Source: Chloroflexi bacterium B3_Chlor
Lineage (GTDB): Bacteria > Chloroflexota > Anaerolineae > UBA7937 > B3-Chlor
Direction: 5' to 3'
Length of the DNA stretch: 64,000 bases
NCBI GenBank assembly: GCA_005223035.1
Contig: NJBK01000007.1
Location: 24,276 to 88,275, forward strand
Of the stretch, positions 1 to 8,609 are shown piece after piece (the first letter of the stretch is position 1; the number at the start of each line of letters is the position of its first letter). The notes beneath the pieces are model-generated. The model did not search any database. It worked only from the letters and a program-made list of their open reading frames with translations, and had not been told where the DNA came from. The translations under genes were made by a program, and so were the position numbers.

Positions 1-1519
1 AGGCCAGGGTGTCGGTCAAGCCTCGCAGCGTCTCGTCTTCGCTTGAGGGTGGACCGCCCCACTCGTCTGTGTGGAGTTTGAGATACTTGTGTTCAAGATG
101 GTTTCGGATCTCCCACAGTTCCTTGGCATCCGGCTCCAATGATTCGCTGAAGTCCGTCTCTGCTTCGTACAAATCTTTGCTGAGCCAGTAGAGACCCCTC
201 AGCGGCCAGTTTCGAGAGCCTTGGAACTCGGGCCTGAGGCCCTTGTTTCTGGGCTGCGACACGTACCACAGGGTCCTGAACTTCACACTTCTCTCCGGAA
301 TCGACAGCGCCAAGTAGTGATTCAGGAAATATGCGATCTTGTCAAGAAGGGAATACAGCATTCTGAAGGCTGCCTTGGTCTTCTCAGCTGCGAGGCAGTA
401 GGTAGGGTAGTCAAGGGTGTTGAAAAGGAGAACCTCCCGATCGGAGAAGTGCGGGCGGACAGCGTTGATACCGTCGTAGAGTAGGTACCTGGCCGACGCG
501 AACTCCTGCTTCATCTGGTTGAAGAACCCTGCGTAATAAGGACCCTCGTCGATCCCCACCACAATGCTGGGCTGGACAAGCACGTCTCGGGCTGCTATTG
601 GCCAGGGTCCCAGATCATTGAGGGGGTTCAAGAACAGACTATTGCTTAGGCACCACAGACGATACTCGATCTCATTCTCCGAGTCACCTAGAACGAATCC
701 ATCCATATCCGCGCTGTCAGCCCGGAGCTCGGCTGGCGACATCTTGGACTCGATCCCCGCCCGACAGGCATCGAAGGGCCCTCTTGCATGCTCGGGGATG
801 GGTGATGAAAGGGCCGCCGTAAGATCGGGGTGGGCGTGTCTTAGCAGGGCCAGTGCGTGACCTTGATCATACAGGAGGAGTGCGTATCGTACGAGCCCCA
901 TTCCTCTATTCCCACGAGCCATGGACAATGAGGGCAGTATACGAAGTGCTCTATCCCAGTATTCGATAGCTTCGACAAACCGGCCCACATGGTCCATGAC
1001 ATTGCCCAGATTGGTGAGGATCTGCCCAATGCGTTCATCTGGCAACTCAGACAGGCCGTCTGTCCGCAGGGCTTTGCGGAGGTGAATCATCTCCTTTTCG
1101 AGCTCCTCTTGCTCCCACTCCCAAGCGCCATTGGTGAGAGCTTTCGAGAGCCTGCCTATGTTCGACCATGCATTCGCCAAGAAGTAGTGGGATGTCGCCA
1201 GCTGCGCTGGTGTCAGCGACCGGTTCTGCAAGTCCTCTGACAGTTGGAGAGCGCGCCTGAGCCCCTCGACCCTCCCCAAGTCCATTGAGAGATCCACCAG
1301 TTGCCCGATATGGACTAGGGCCTCCTCGACCGGCAACTCGGTCAAGTCCTCGACGGACACAAGCGACTCATAGAGAGCTTCGTTTTGCACCACGATCCGG
1401 TCCACTCCGCGAGATTGCGAAACGGGACGTGTTCCAAAGAGGGCAAGCCTCGCCCAGCGCGTCGGGAGCGATAGATGCTCAGTGTCAACAAGACGAATGC
1501 CGGGCCACGTGCCCGGCAT
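1..1519 (-). CDS. HEPN-domain protein (LA2681-like HEPN with helical/TPR-like N-terminal region); 3' end cut by the window edge
   Basis: Absent from the ORF track because the frame has no stop inside the window. My minus-strand translation is open from ATG 1519-1517 (MPGTWPGIRLVDTEHL...) to base 2, about 505 codons. The C-terminal part reads ...SKDLYEAETDFSESLEPDAKELWEIRNHLEHKYLKLH... and carries an R-x4-H HEPN signature (RNHLEH, + strand 89-106). The start lies 5 nt after the moaB stop. Confidence 0.6.
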   Translation of the reverse strand, partial: MPGTWPGIRLVDTEHLSLPTRWARLALFGTRPVSQSRGVDRIVVQNEALYESLVSVEDLTELPVEEALVHIGQLVDLSMDLGRVEGLRRALQLSEDLQNRSLTPAQLATSHYFLANAWSNIGRLSKALTNGAWEWEQEELEKEMIHLRKALRTDGLSELPDERIGQILTNLGNVMDHVGRFVEAIEYWDRALRILPSLSMARGNRGMGLVRYALLLYDQGHALALLRHAHPDLTAALSSPIPEHARGPFDACRAGIESKMSPAELRADSADMDGFVLGDSENEIEYRLWCLSNSLFLNPLNDLGPWPIAARDVLVQPSIVVGIDEGPYYAGFFNQMKQEFASARYLLYDGINAVRPHFSDREVLLFNTLDYPTYCLAAEKTKAAFRMLYSLLDKIAYFLNHYLALSIPERSVKFRTLWYVSQPRNKGLRPEFQGSRNWPLRGLYWLSKDLYEAETDFSESLEPDAKELWEIRNHLEHKYLKLHTDEWGGPPSSEDETLRGLTDTLA

Positions 1520-1523
1520 CGCA

Positions 1524-2030
1524 TCATTTCTCGTATTCGTGGTGCTGGTCGGCTCGGGGCTCAGCCCTCAGAAGTTCGATGGCGTGGGGCAGGGCGGGGA
1601 GGATCGCGTTCAAAGTCTCCTCCACCGCCTTCTGGCTCCCCGGCAGGTTCACGATCAGCGTCTGGCCGCGGATCCCGGCCACCGCCCGGGACAGCATGCC
1701 ATGGGGAGTCACCTTGGTGCTCTCGGCGCGCATCGCCTCTACCAGCCCCGGGGCCTCCCGATCTATCACCGCTTTGGTGGCCTCAGGGGTCACATCGCGA
1801 GGGGCGAAGCCCGTTCCGCCGGTGGTGAGGATCAGATCCAGGTCCAGGTCGTCGATCCACTCGATGAGGGCCGCCTGAATCTGCTCGCTTTCGTCTGGTA
1901 CGATCTCGTACTTCTTGACCTTGGCGTCCAGTCTCTCGGTGACCATATCTATGATTGTGGGGCCGCTCAGGTCCTTGCGCTCGCCCCGGGACCCCAAATC
2001 GCTGACCGTCAGCACGCCGACGCTAAGCAT
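1524..2030 (-). CDS. moaB: MoaB/MogA-family molybdenum cofactor biosynthesis protein
   Basis: LTVSD...[19 protein letters not shown]...PGSQKAV is typical of the MoaB/Mog fold. The true ATG at 2030-2028 overlaps the lon TAA stop (TAATG). The track start at 2036 is a GTG. Confidence 0.8.
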   Translation of the reverse strand: MLSVGVLTVSDLGSRGERKDLSGPTIIDMVTERLDAKVKKYEIVPDESEQIQAALIEWIDDLDLDLILTTGGTGFAPRDVTPEATKAVIDREAPGLVEAMRAESTKVTPHGMLSRAVAGIRGQTLIVNLPGSQKAVEETLNAILPALPHAIELLRAEPRADQHHEYEK

Positions 2031-4480
2031 TAGCACTCATCCTTCACGAAGCCATCGCCCAGGGCTGCCTCCAGAACCTCGTCCATGGTATCCACCAGGA
2101 CGAAATCCAAGCCGTTGCGCACCTCTTCGGGCAATTCATCGAGGTGCTTCTCGTTATGCCTGGGCAGGATGACGGTTTTCAGACCGACTCTGGCTGCGGC
2201 TAGGATCTTCTGCTTCACCCCGCCGATGGGCAGGACGCGTCCCCGCAGGGTGATCTCACCCGTCATGCCGACGTCGCACTTCACGGGCGTATCAGTCAGC
2301 AGGGACACCAACGCCGTGGCGATACTCACGCCGGCGGAAGGGCCGTCTTTGGGGATGGCCCCGGCGGGGAAATGGATATGCAGGTCGGTCTCGTCGAAGA
2401 AACCTTCGTCGATGTTCAGTTCCTTGGCCCGGGAGCGCACGTAGCTCAGGGCGGCTTGAGCCGATTCCTTCATCACGTCGCCCAGTTTCCCGGTCAGGGT
2501 TAGCCCTTTGCTGCCCTGCATCTTGGTGGCCTCGATGAAGGTGATGTCTCCCCCGGTGGAGGTCACCACAAGGCCGGTGGCCACCCCAGGCACCTCGGTG
2601 CGCTCCGCCGCCTCGTTGTAGAACTTGGGCTTGCCCAGGAAATCGGACACGTTCTCCTTGGTGACCACTACCGTACCTTCTTCGCCGGCAGCGATCCTGG
2701 TAGCCACCTTGCGACAGACCGAGCCTATCTCCCGCTCCAGGTTGCGCAGCCCTGCCTCCCGGGTGTACTCCCCGATGATCAGGCGCAGTGCATCCTCCTT
2801 GAACTCTACTTCGCCCTCTTTCAGACTGTTTTCCTCTATCTGCCGGGGAATCAGATACCGTTGTGCTATCTTCACCTTCTCCTCCTCGGTGTACCCATCC
2901 AGCTCGATGGTCTCCATCCGGTCCAGTAGAGGAGGCGGTATAGTGTACAGCACGTTGCCCGTGGTGATGAACATCACTGGCGAGAGGTCCCAATCCACGT
3001 CCAGGTAGTGGTCGCGGAAGGAGAAGTTCTGCTCGGGGTCAAGTACCTCCAGCAATGCTGAGGAGGGATCCCCGCGGAAATCGGAGCCGATTTTGTCCAC
3101 CTCGTCCAGCATGAAGACAGGGTTCTTCGACCCCGCGCGCTTGATGGACTGGATGATGCGGCCAGGCAGCGCGCCCACGTACGTGCGGCGGTGCCCTCTG
3201 ATCTCCGCCTCATCCCGCATGCCACCCAGCGACATGCGGATGAACTCCCTCCCGAGAGCCCGGGCTATTGATCTGCCCAGTGAGGTCTTACCTGTACCGG
3301 GGGGACCTACGAAGTTCAGGATGGCGCCCTTGGATTCCTTGGCTCCCTCGCCTTCTTCTCGTTCCAGGCGCAGCTTGCGCACTGCCAGGTACTCCAGGAT
3401 GCGTTCTTTTATCTCCTCTAGGTCGTAGTGATCCTCGTCGAGTATCTCACGAGCTCGATTGATATCCAGGTTGTCTTCGGTGCTCACCTGCCAGGGGAGC
3501 TCAATGAGCCAACCCAGATAGGTTCTGATCACCGAGTATTCGGCGGCTGCCTGAGGCATGCTGGAAAGCCGGTCCAACTCCCGCAGGGCTTCCTTCTTCG
3601 CCTCTTCGGACATGCCTGCTGTCTCGATCTTCTCCCTTAGTTCGTTGACTTCCTTGCCCTGTTCATCCTCTTCGCCCAGCTCCTTTTGGATGGCCTTGAG
3701 CTGCTGCCGCAGGAAATACTCCCTTTGCGTTTTCTCCATATCGGACTGGGCTTCATCCCTGATCTTCTGACCAAGCTCCAGAACCTCCAATTCTCTGCTC
3801 AGGATTGCGTTCAGCCTGTGCAGTTTGTCCTTCACAGAGTCAATCTCCAGTAGCTGCTGGGCCGCCTCCGTGTCCATGCGCACAGCGTTGGCTACCAGAT
3901 ATAGCAGTTGGCGAGGAGCCTCGGTATTCAATACTGCCATCATTAGCTCATTGGGCAGGTAGGAAACCAGGGAGACCATACGCTGGAAGAGGTCCATCGT
4001 GTTTCGTGACAGAGCTTCCACTTCCAGACTCTCCTGCTCTCCGTCGTCGGGGATTACCTCTATCCTGGCTTCCAAATACGGCTCCGTCTGAATGAACTCC
4101 GTGGGCTTGATGCGCTCTATACCCTGGACGATGACTGCCACGCTGCCGGTCGGTGACTTGATGGCACGGTGGACCACTGCCGCCGTGCCCACCGAATACA
4201 GGTCTTCCGGAGAGGCTCGATCCGCATCCACGTTCTTCACAGTCACCAGGCCGACCATCCGGTCTCCCAGAACCACGTCATCGATCAGTTTGATGGATTC
4301 GGGTCGTTCTATGTTCAGAGGCAAGAACGTCAAAGGATAGACGACTGTCTGGCGCAAGGGCAAGATGGGAAGCTCGGCCGGGATTGCCGATTTGCCCTTT
4401 TCGCCTTCCTGCTCGACTTCCGTCCGTTCCTCGTTGGTCTGTAATATCATACTGAGTAAGCCTTTCCCTTCGATACTCAT
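2030..4480 (-). CDS. lon: ATP-dependent Lon protease
   Basis: 816 aa. It has a Lon N-terminal domain, Walker [10 protein letters not shown], and a protease domain with PKDGPSAGV (catalytic Ser). Its start overlaps the hsp20 stop (ATGA). Confidence 0.95.
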   Translation of the reverse strand: MSIEGKGLLSMILQTNEERTEVEQEGEKGKSAIPAELPILPLRQTVVYPLTFLPLNIERPESIKLIDDVVLGDRMVGLVTVKNVDADRASPEDLYSVGTAAVVHRAIKSPTGSVAVIVQGIERIKPTEFIQTEPYLEARIEVIPDDGEQESLEVEALSRNTMDLFQRMVSLVSYLPNELMMAVLNTEAPRQLLYLVANAVRMDTEAAQQLLEIDSVKDKLHRLNAILSRELEVLELGQKIRDEAQSDMEKTQREYFLRQQLKAIQKELGEEDEQGKEVNELREKIETAGMSEEAKKEALRELDRLSSMPQAAAEYSVIRTYLGWLIELPWQVSTEDNLDINRAREILDEDHYDLEEIKERILEYLAVRKLRLEREEGEGAKESKGAILNFVGPPGTGKTSLGRSIARALGREFIRMSLGGMRDEAEIRGHRRTYVGALPGRIIQSIKRAGSKNPVFMLDEVDKIGSDFRGDPSSALLEVLDPEQNFSFRDHYLDVDWDLSPVMFITTGNVLYTIPPPLLDRMETIELDGYTEEEKVKIAQRYLIPRQIEENSLKEGEVEFKEDALRLIIGEYTREAGLRNLEREIGSVCRKVATRIAAGEEGTVVVTKENVSDFLGKPKFYNEAAERTEVPGVATGLVVTSTGGDITFIEATKMQGSKGLTLTGKLGDVMKESAQAALSYVRSRAKELNIDEGFFDETDLHIHFPAGAIPKDGPSAGVSIATALVSLLTDTPVKCDVGMTGEITLRGRVLPIGGVKQKILAAARVGLKTVILPRHNEKHLDELPEEVRNGLDFVLVDTMDEVLEAALGDGFVKDEC

Positions 4481-4926
4481 TCCGCACTCTCCTCGATAAT
4501 GACTATGGGCACTTTGTGCCTGCCTCTGGCCTTGGGCAGGATTATCACCAAGAACCCATCCTCGTAGCTCGCCTCGATATCCTTCTCCTTTACGGCCCAG
4601 GGCAGAAAGACGTCGGTCCTGAACCCTCCGTATTTGATCTCCATCTGCTGATAAGTGAGCTTGTTTGCAGGATCACGACGAGTTCCCATGACGGTCAGGA
4701 CGCGGTTGGCGAAGGATATCTCTATGTCTCTCTTCTCCACGCCTGCTATCTCCACCCTAACGACGGCGGAGGTATCGGTCTCGTAAACGTCGGTGGGTGG
4801 ACGCCAGCCCTTATGCCGCAGGATATCGTTCCACTGTTCCCGAGGTACAAACTGCCTGATCATACGGTGCATCTCGGAATACATTCTTTGCAGTTCGTCG
4901 GCTACCCACTTCTCTGATTCTCGCAT
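4477..4926 (-). CDS. Hsp20/alpha-crystallin family small heat-shock protein
   Basis: 149 aa with an alpha-crystallin domain pattern (PPTDVYETD...VRVEIAGV...FLPWAV...[12 protein letters not shown]). It is the first gene of an hsp20-lon-moaB-HEPN string. Confidence 0.85.
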   Translation of the reverse strand: MRESEKWVADELQRMYSEMHRMIRQFVPREQWNDILRHKGWRPPTDVYETDTSAVVRVEIAGVEKRDIEISFANRVLTVMGTRRDPANKLTYQQMEIKYGGFRTDVFLPWAVKEKDIEASYEDGFLVIILPKARGRHKVPIVIIEESAE

Positions 4927-4984
4927 CTCACTACCCTTTCAGCTTTGCAGAGATGTTGTCGCTATTCTTACTATACTAATTCTA

Positions 4985-5010
4985 CTCAATTTGAGCGCAT
5001 CTCTCAAATT
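4985..5010. promoter_or_regulatory. Inverted-repeat operator candidate (CTCAA-T-TTGAG, then AATTTGAG-N7-CTCAAATT) upstream of hsp20-lon
   Basis: Perfect 8-bp arms at 4988-4995 and 5003-5010 with a 7-nt spacer. An extra CTCAA half-site sits at 4985-4989. The repeat lies 60-85 nt upstream of the hsp20 start on the minus strand and overlaps a plausible -35/-10 (TTTGAG..TAGAAT). Confidence 0.45.
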
Positions 5011-5034
5011 CGCCGGGAACGGACTTTCAGCCAA

Positions 5035-5063
5035 TTGTAATATCCGTCGAGGTGTGGTATAAT
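5035..5063 (+). promoter_or_regulatory. Sigma70-type promoter (TTGTAA-N17-TATAAT, extended TG)
   Basis: TTGTAA 5035-5040, 17-nt spacer, tgg-TATAAT 5058-5063. It points at the 5113 leader ORF and the TPR gene. Confidence 0.5.
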
Positions 5064-5324
5064 AGTATTGCAAGCATAGGCGTCACGCTTGAGTCCTCAT
5101 CGGGGAGGTGCCATGAAAAGGGTGGGCTTTTCTTTGTTCGGAGCTTGGGTGCCAGGGTCTCCTGCCGTCAACACAGCGGCGGACTTGATGTCCGCCCAGG
5201 CGAGTTCCCCTAATTCCTCTGCAAGTCCTTCCGTTCCTACCTGCGCCCATGCAAATGCACTGAATTCCCTCTTCCAGGCCAGCGTTGGATGCCGCAACCG
5301 CTCAGGAAAACGGGGGAGAGCGAA

Positions 5325-6488
5325 ATGCTGACTCAATTGGTACTAGTGGTGGGTAGTCTCATGGCGGTAGTTGCAGGAGTAGCAGTCTTCTATGTGATCA
5401 AGGCGCTGCGAGGTCCCAAAGAGCCGGTACCGGAGGACATAAGGGAGATCTGGGAGTTGACCAAGGCCATCGAGGAGGACCCTCAGGACGCGGAGGCGTA
5501 CTACCGCCGGGGGCTGATTTACAGCGAGCGAAGGGCCTACGAGCAGGCTATCAGAGACTATACGAGGGCTTTGGAACTGAGGCCGGATTTCGCGCTGGTT
5601 CACATCGACCGGGGTATCGCCTATGGCGAAACGGGGCGTCTGCGGAAGGAGATAGAAGATCACAGCAAAGCCATCGAACTGGACCCTGAGGATCCTCTGC
5701 CCTACACCAATCGCGGCGTGGCTCACCGGAACCTGGGCCAGTACGACCAAGCGATCCGAGATCATAACATGGCCATCGAGTTGGATGATGAGTACGTCCT
5801 GGCCTATGTCAACAGAGGGGTGGCTTACAATGAGAAGGGCGACTATGAAAGGGCCTTGGCCGATTACAACAAGGCTATCGAGTTGTCAGCCGATTATGCC
5901 CTCGCCTACGTCAACCGGGGCAAGAATTACATAGACCTGGGCGATTATCAGCGGGCCACTGCTGATTGCGATAAGGCTGTCGAGCTGGACCCCGACGATC
6001 CTCTGCCCTATACCAACCGCGGCGTGGCCCATGACATGTTGGGGCAATACGAGAGGGCTGTTCAGGATCACAGGCGGGCCCTGGAAGTGGACGGCAGTTT
6101 GGCTTTGGCCCACACCAACCTGGGCGTGGCATATGCCAACCTGGGTCGGTATGAAGACGCGGTTGAAGAGCACACCAAAGCCGTTGAGTTGGAGGCTGGG
6201 TATGCGAGAGCTCATCTGAATCGGGGAGCGGCGTATATGGAGCTTGGGCTCCTCAAGGAGGCGTTGGAGGACTGCCGCAAGGCGACCAAGCTGGATCCGA
6301 CCGACGCGACCGCGCACTACAACCTGGCGTGCGCCTACTCCTTGTTGAGGAAAGCTCGACAGGCCAGCGAGTCTCTGCAAAGGGCGATAGTTTTGCAGCC
6401 GGGCTTCCGCCAGGATGCCAGAGTCGATGAGGACTTTGACAGCATCCGAAGCGACGAGAGATTCACCAGGCTGGTCATGGGTCTGTAG
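5325..6488 (+). CDS. Membrane-anchored tetratricopeptide-repeat (TPR) protein
   Basis: N-terminal TM helix (LTQLVLVVGSLMAVVAGVAVFYVI) followed by about 10 consecutive 34-aa TPR units (A..Y..AIEL.P......NRG.AY...G.Y..A). I prefer the start at ATG 5325 (RBS GGGGAGAG) over the track start 5289. Confidence 0.85.
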   Translation: MLTQLVLVVGSLMAVVAGVAVFYVIKALRGPKEPVPEDIREIWELTKAIEEDPQDAEAYYRRGLIYSERRAYEQAIRDYTRALELRPDFALVHIDRGIAYGETGRLRKEIEDHSKAIELDPEDPLPYTNRGVAHRNLGQYDQAIRDHNMAIELDDEYVLAYVNRGVAYNEKGDYERALADYNKAIELSADYALAYVNRGKNYIDLGDYQRATADCDKAVELDPDDPLPYTNRGVAHDMLGQYERAVQDHRRALEVDGSLALAHTNLGVAYANLGRYEDAVEEHTKAVELEAGYARAHLNRGAAYMELGLLKEALEDCRKATKLDPTDATAHYNLACAYSLLRKARQASESLQRAIVLQPGFRQDARVDEDFDSIRSDERFTRLVMGL

Positions 6489-6586
6489 CAGGGCGTTTCA
6501 AGTGTGCCACATGGCTTGCGCTCTAACGCGAGGAGCGGGCCCCAGGGCCCGCTCCTCTTGAATTAGCACTCTGTGTTGAGTATGTC

Positions 6587-7039
6587 TTACTTCTTCTGCC
6601 CCTTGATCTTGATGACCTCGGGTTTGGCCTCTGGCACCTTGGGGATAGTCAGGGTGAGGATGCCGTCATCGAAGGTCGCTTCCGCCTTGTCTGGGTCGAC
6701 GCCTTCCGGCAAAACGACTGAGCGAGAGAAGGAGCCGTGGCGGCGCTCGCGACGGATGTAGTTCTCCTCGGTTACCTCCTCCTCTTCGTTGGTCTCCCCC
6801 GAGATGCTCAGTGTATTGCCGCTGATGGTGATGTCAATGTCGTCCGGCTTCACCCCTGGGACAGCGCTCTTGACCACCACGCTGTCCTCGGTCTGGTACA
6901 TATCCACCGGGAGAGTGCCCTCGGCGGGAGCCAACCACTCCCTGCGGCCCGGACCAACGAAGCTCTCCTGGAAGAGCCGATCCATCGCCTCTCGCAAGGT
7001 CATGAAGTCACGGAACGGTTCCCAACGTACGATGCTCAT
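6587..7039 (-). CDS. Hsp20/alpha-crystallin family small heat-shock protein
   Basis: MSIVRWEPFRDF...LPVDMYQTEDSVVVKSAVPGVKPDDIDITISGNTLSISGE...ATFDDGILTLTIPK. ATG at 7039 with RBS GGAG 9 nt upstream. The track start 7048 is a GTG inside the RBS. Confidence 0.9.
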   Translation of the reverse strand: MSIVRWEPFRDFMTLREAMDRLFQESFVGPGRREWLAPAEGTLPVDMYQTEDSVVVKSAVPGVKPDDIDITISGNTLSISGETNEEEEVTEENYIRRERRHGSFSRSVVLPEGVDPDKAEATFDDGILTLTIPKVPEAKPEVIKIKGQKK

Positions 7040-7093
7040 GGTAGACACTCCTTTCCATCTGGATTTCTGAACCCCTGGGATTCTTTCTTCTGT

Positions 7094-7122
7094 ATCATAA
7101 CATATCTTAGAACCTTTGTCAA
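7094..7122 (-). promoter_or_regulatory. Sigma70-type promoter for hsp20 (TTGACA-N17-TATGAT)
   Basis: On the minus strand TTGACA is + 7122-7117, followed by a 17-nt spacer and TATGAT at + 7099-7094. Confidence 0.6.
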
Positions 7123-7163
7123 GTCTCTATACAATAACGGACTCAAGTAATATCACTATAAAC

Positions 7164-7192
7164 TTGACAGAAGTGTCAGTAAATGGTATAAT
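7164..7192 (+). promoter_or_regulatory. Consensus sigma70 promoter for cbpA-hspR-clpB (TTGACA-N17-TATAAT) with an embedded inverted repeat
   Basis: TTGACA 7164-7169 and TATAAT 7187-7192. The palindrome TGACA-gaag-TGTCA (7165-7178) overlaps the -35 and the spacer. Confidence 0.65.
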
Positions 7193-7238
7193 AGAAGCAG
7201 GCGAATAGCGCATCTGACGGGATATGGGGTAGGGGAGC

Positions 7239-8180
7239 ATGGAGTACAAGGATTACTACAAGATACTGGGAGTGGACAGGAACGCCAGTGAAAAGGAGGT
7301 AAGGAAGGCCTACCGCAAGCTGGCCCGGAAGTGCCATCCTGACGTCAATCCTGGTGACGAAGGGGCGGAGGAACGGTTCAAGGAGATCAATGAGGCCCAT
7401 GAGGTGCTCAGCGACTCCGAGAAGCGAAAGAAGTACGATCAATTGGGCGCCAGGTGGCGTCGATGGCAGCGGGCGGGTGGTGAGACAAGTGGGTTCGATT
7501 GGACCCAGTGGTACGCGCAGCCTGGTGGGGCCCGTGTGCACGTGGAATACGCTGATCTGAGTGACCTCTTCGGCGGGGGTGGCGGCTTCTCCGACTTCTT
7601 CAGCGCCATTTTCGGCGGGATGGGCCAACGTGGCGGCGCAACTTGGGGAGCACGAGGGCAGCCCCGGGAGGTTCACGGTCAGGACTATGAACAGGAGGTG
7701 GAGGTCACCCTTGAGGAAGCCTTTTCTGGTACCACCAGGGTCCTTCAGAAGGATGGACGCCGGCTGGAAGTCAAGATCCCTGCGGGCGTTGACTCTGGCT
7801 CCAAGGTCCGCATGAGAGGCGAAGGAGGAGAGAGATTCGGCGGCGCGGTCAAAGGGGACCTGTATCTGAAGGTCAAGGTTCTGCGCCACAGAACTTTCGA
7901 GCGCAAGGGGAATGACCTGTCTTCCGAGGTTCCTGTTGATCTCTATACTGCCATCCTGGGAGGTGAGGTGAGAGTGCCCACCCTCAAAGGGGGCGCTATG
8001 CTCAAGATCCCGCCGGAGACGCAAAGCGGTAAGACCTTTCGCTTGAGAAACCAGGGCATGCCCCACCTGAAGGACCCTCAGAAGAGGGGGGATCTCTATG
8101 CCAAGGTGAGGCTGAAAGTGCCCCAGAACCTAACAGAGGACGAGAAGAAGCTGTTTGGGCAACTGGCAAGCATGCGCTAG
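7239..8180 (+). CDS. cbpA: J-domain co-chaperone, CbpA/class II DnaJ type (no zinc finger)
   Basis: J domain DYYKILGV...HPD. A G/F-rich linker and two C-terminal beta-domains follow. There are no CxxCxGxG repeats. Confidence 0.85.
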   Translation: MEYKDYYKILGVDRNASEKEVRKAYRKLARKCHPDVNPGDEGAEERFKEINEAHEVLSDSEKRKKYDQLGARWRRWQRAGGETSGFDWTQWYAQPGGARVHVEYADLSDLFGGGGGFSDFFSAIFGGMGQRGGATWGARGQPREVHGQDYEQEVEVTLEEAFSGTTRVLQKDGRRLEVKIPAGVDSGSKVRMRGEGGERFGGAVKGDLYLKVKVLRHRTFERKGNDLSSEVPVDLYTAILGGEVRVPTLKGGAMLKIPPETQSGKTFRLRNQGMPHLKDPQKRGDLYAKVRLKVPQNLTEDEKKLFGQLASMR

Positions 8181-8232
8181 GCCAGTCTTTTGATCTTGGA
8201 TGCCTTCGTAGGCAGCCAAGGAGGTGAGATGA

Positions 8233-8577
8233 ATGGAGAATGGAGATCCGTTGTACGATGAACCTTGCTATGTGATCAGTGTGGCCGCCAAGATAGTGGA
8301 CTTGCATCCACAGACGCTGCGCTATTACGAGCGCGTGGGCGTGATAATGCCCCACCGTTCCGAGGGCAACCGGCGCCTGTACTCTCCCAGAGATGTGGAG
8401 CGATTGCGGGCCATAATCCGCTTGGTGGATGACTTGGGAGTCAATCTGGCGGGGGTAGAGGTGATATTCAATATGAGGCGCAGAATGGAGGAGATGCAGA
8501 AGGAGATGGACCGGGTGCGCGCTGAGTTTGAAGAGGAGACAGCGCGCCTGCGTGCCCTTCTGGAGGATATGTCCTAG
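8233..8577 (+). CDS. hspR: MerR-family heat-shock regulator (HspR/CbpM-like)
   Basis: MerR HTH: [45 protein letters not shown]. It sits between cbpA and clpB, as in HspR regulons. Confidence 0.75.
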   Translation: MENGDPLYDEPCYVISVAAKIVDLHPQTLRYYERVGVIMPHRSEGNRRLYSPRDVERLRAIIRLVDDLGVNLAGVEVIFNMRRRMEEMQKEMDRVRAEFEEETARLRALLEDMS

Positions 8578-8609
8578 AAAGAATCCGTACCGGAGGAGAT
8601 TTGTAGATA

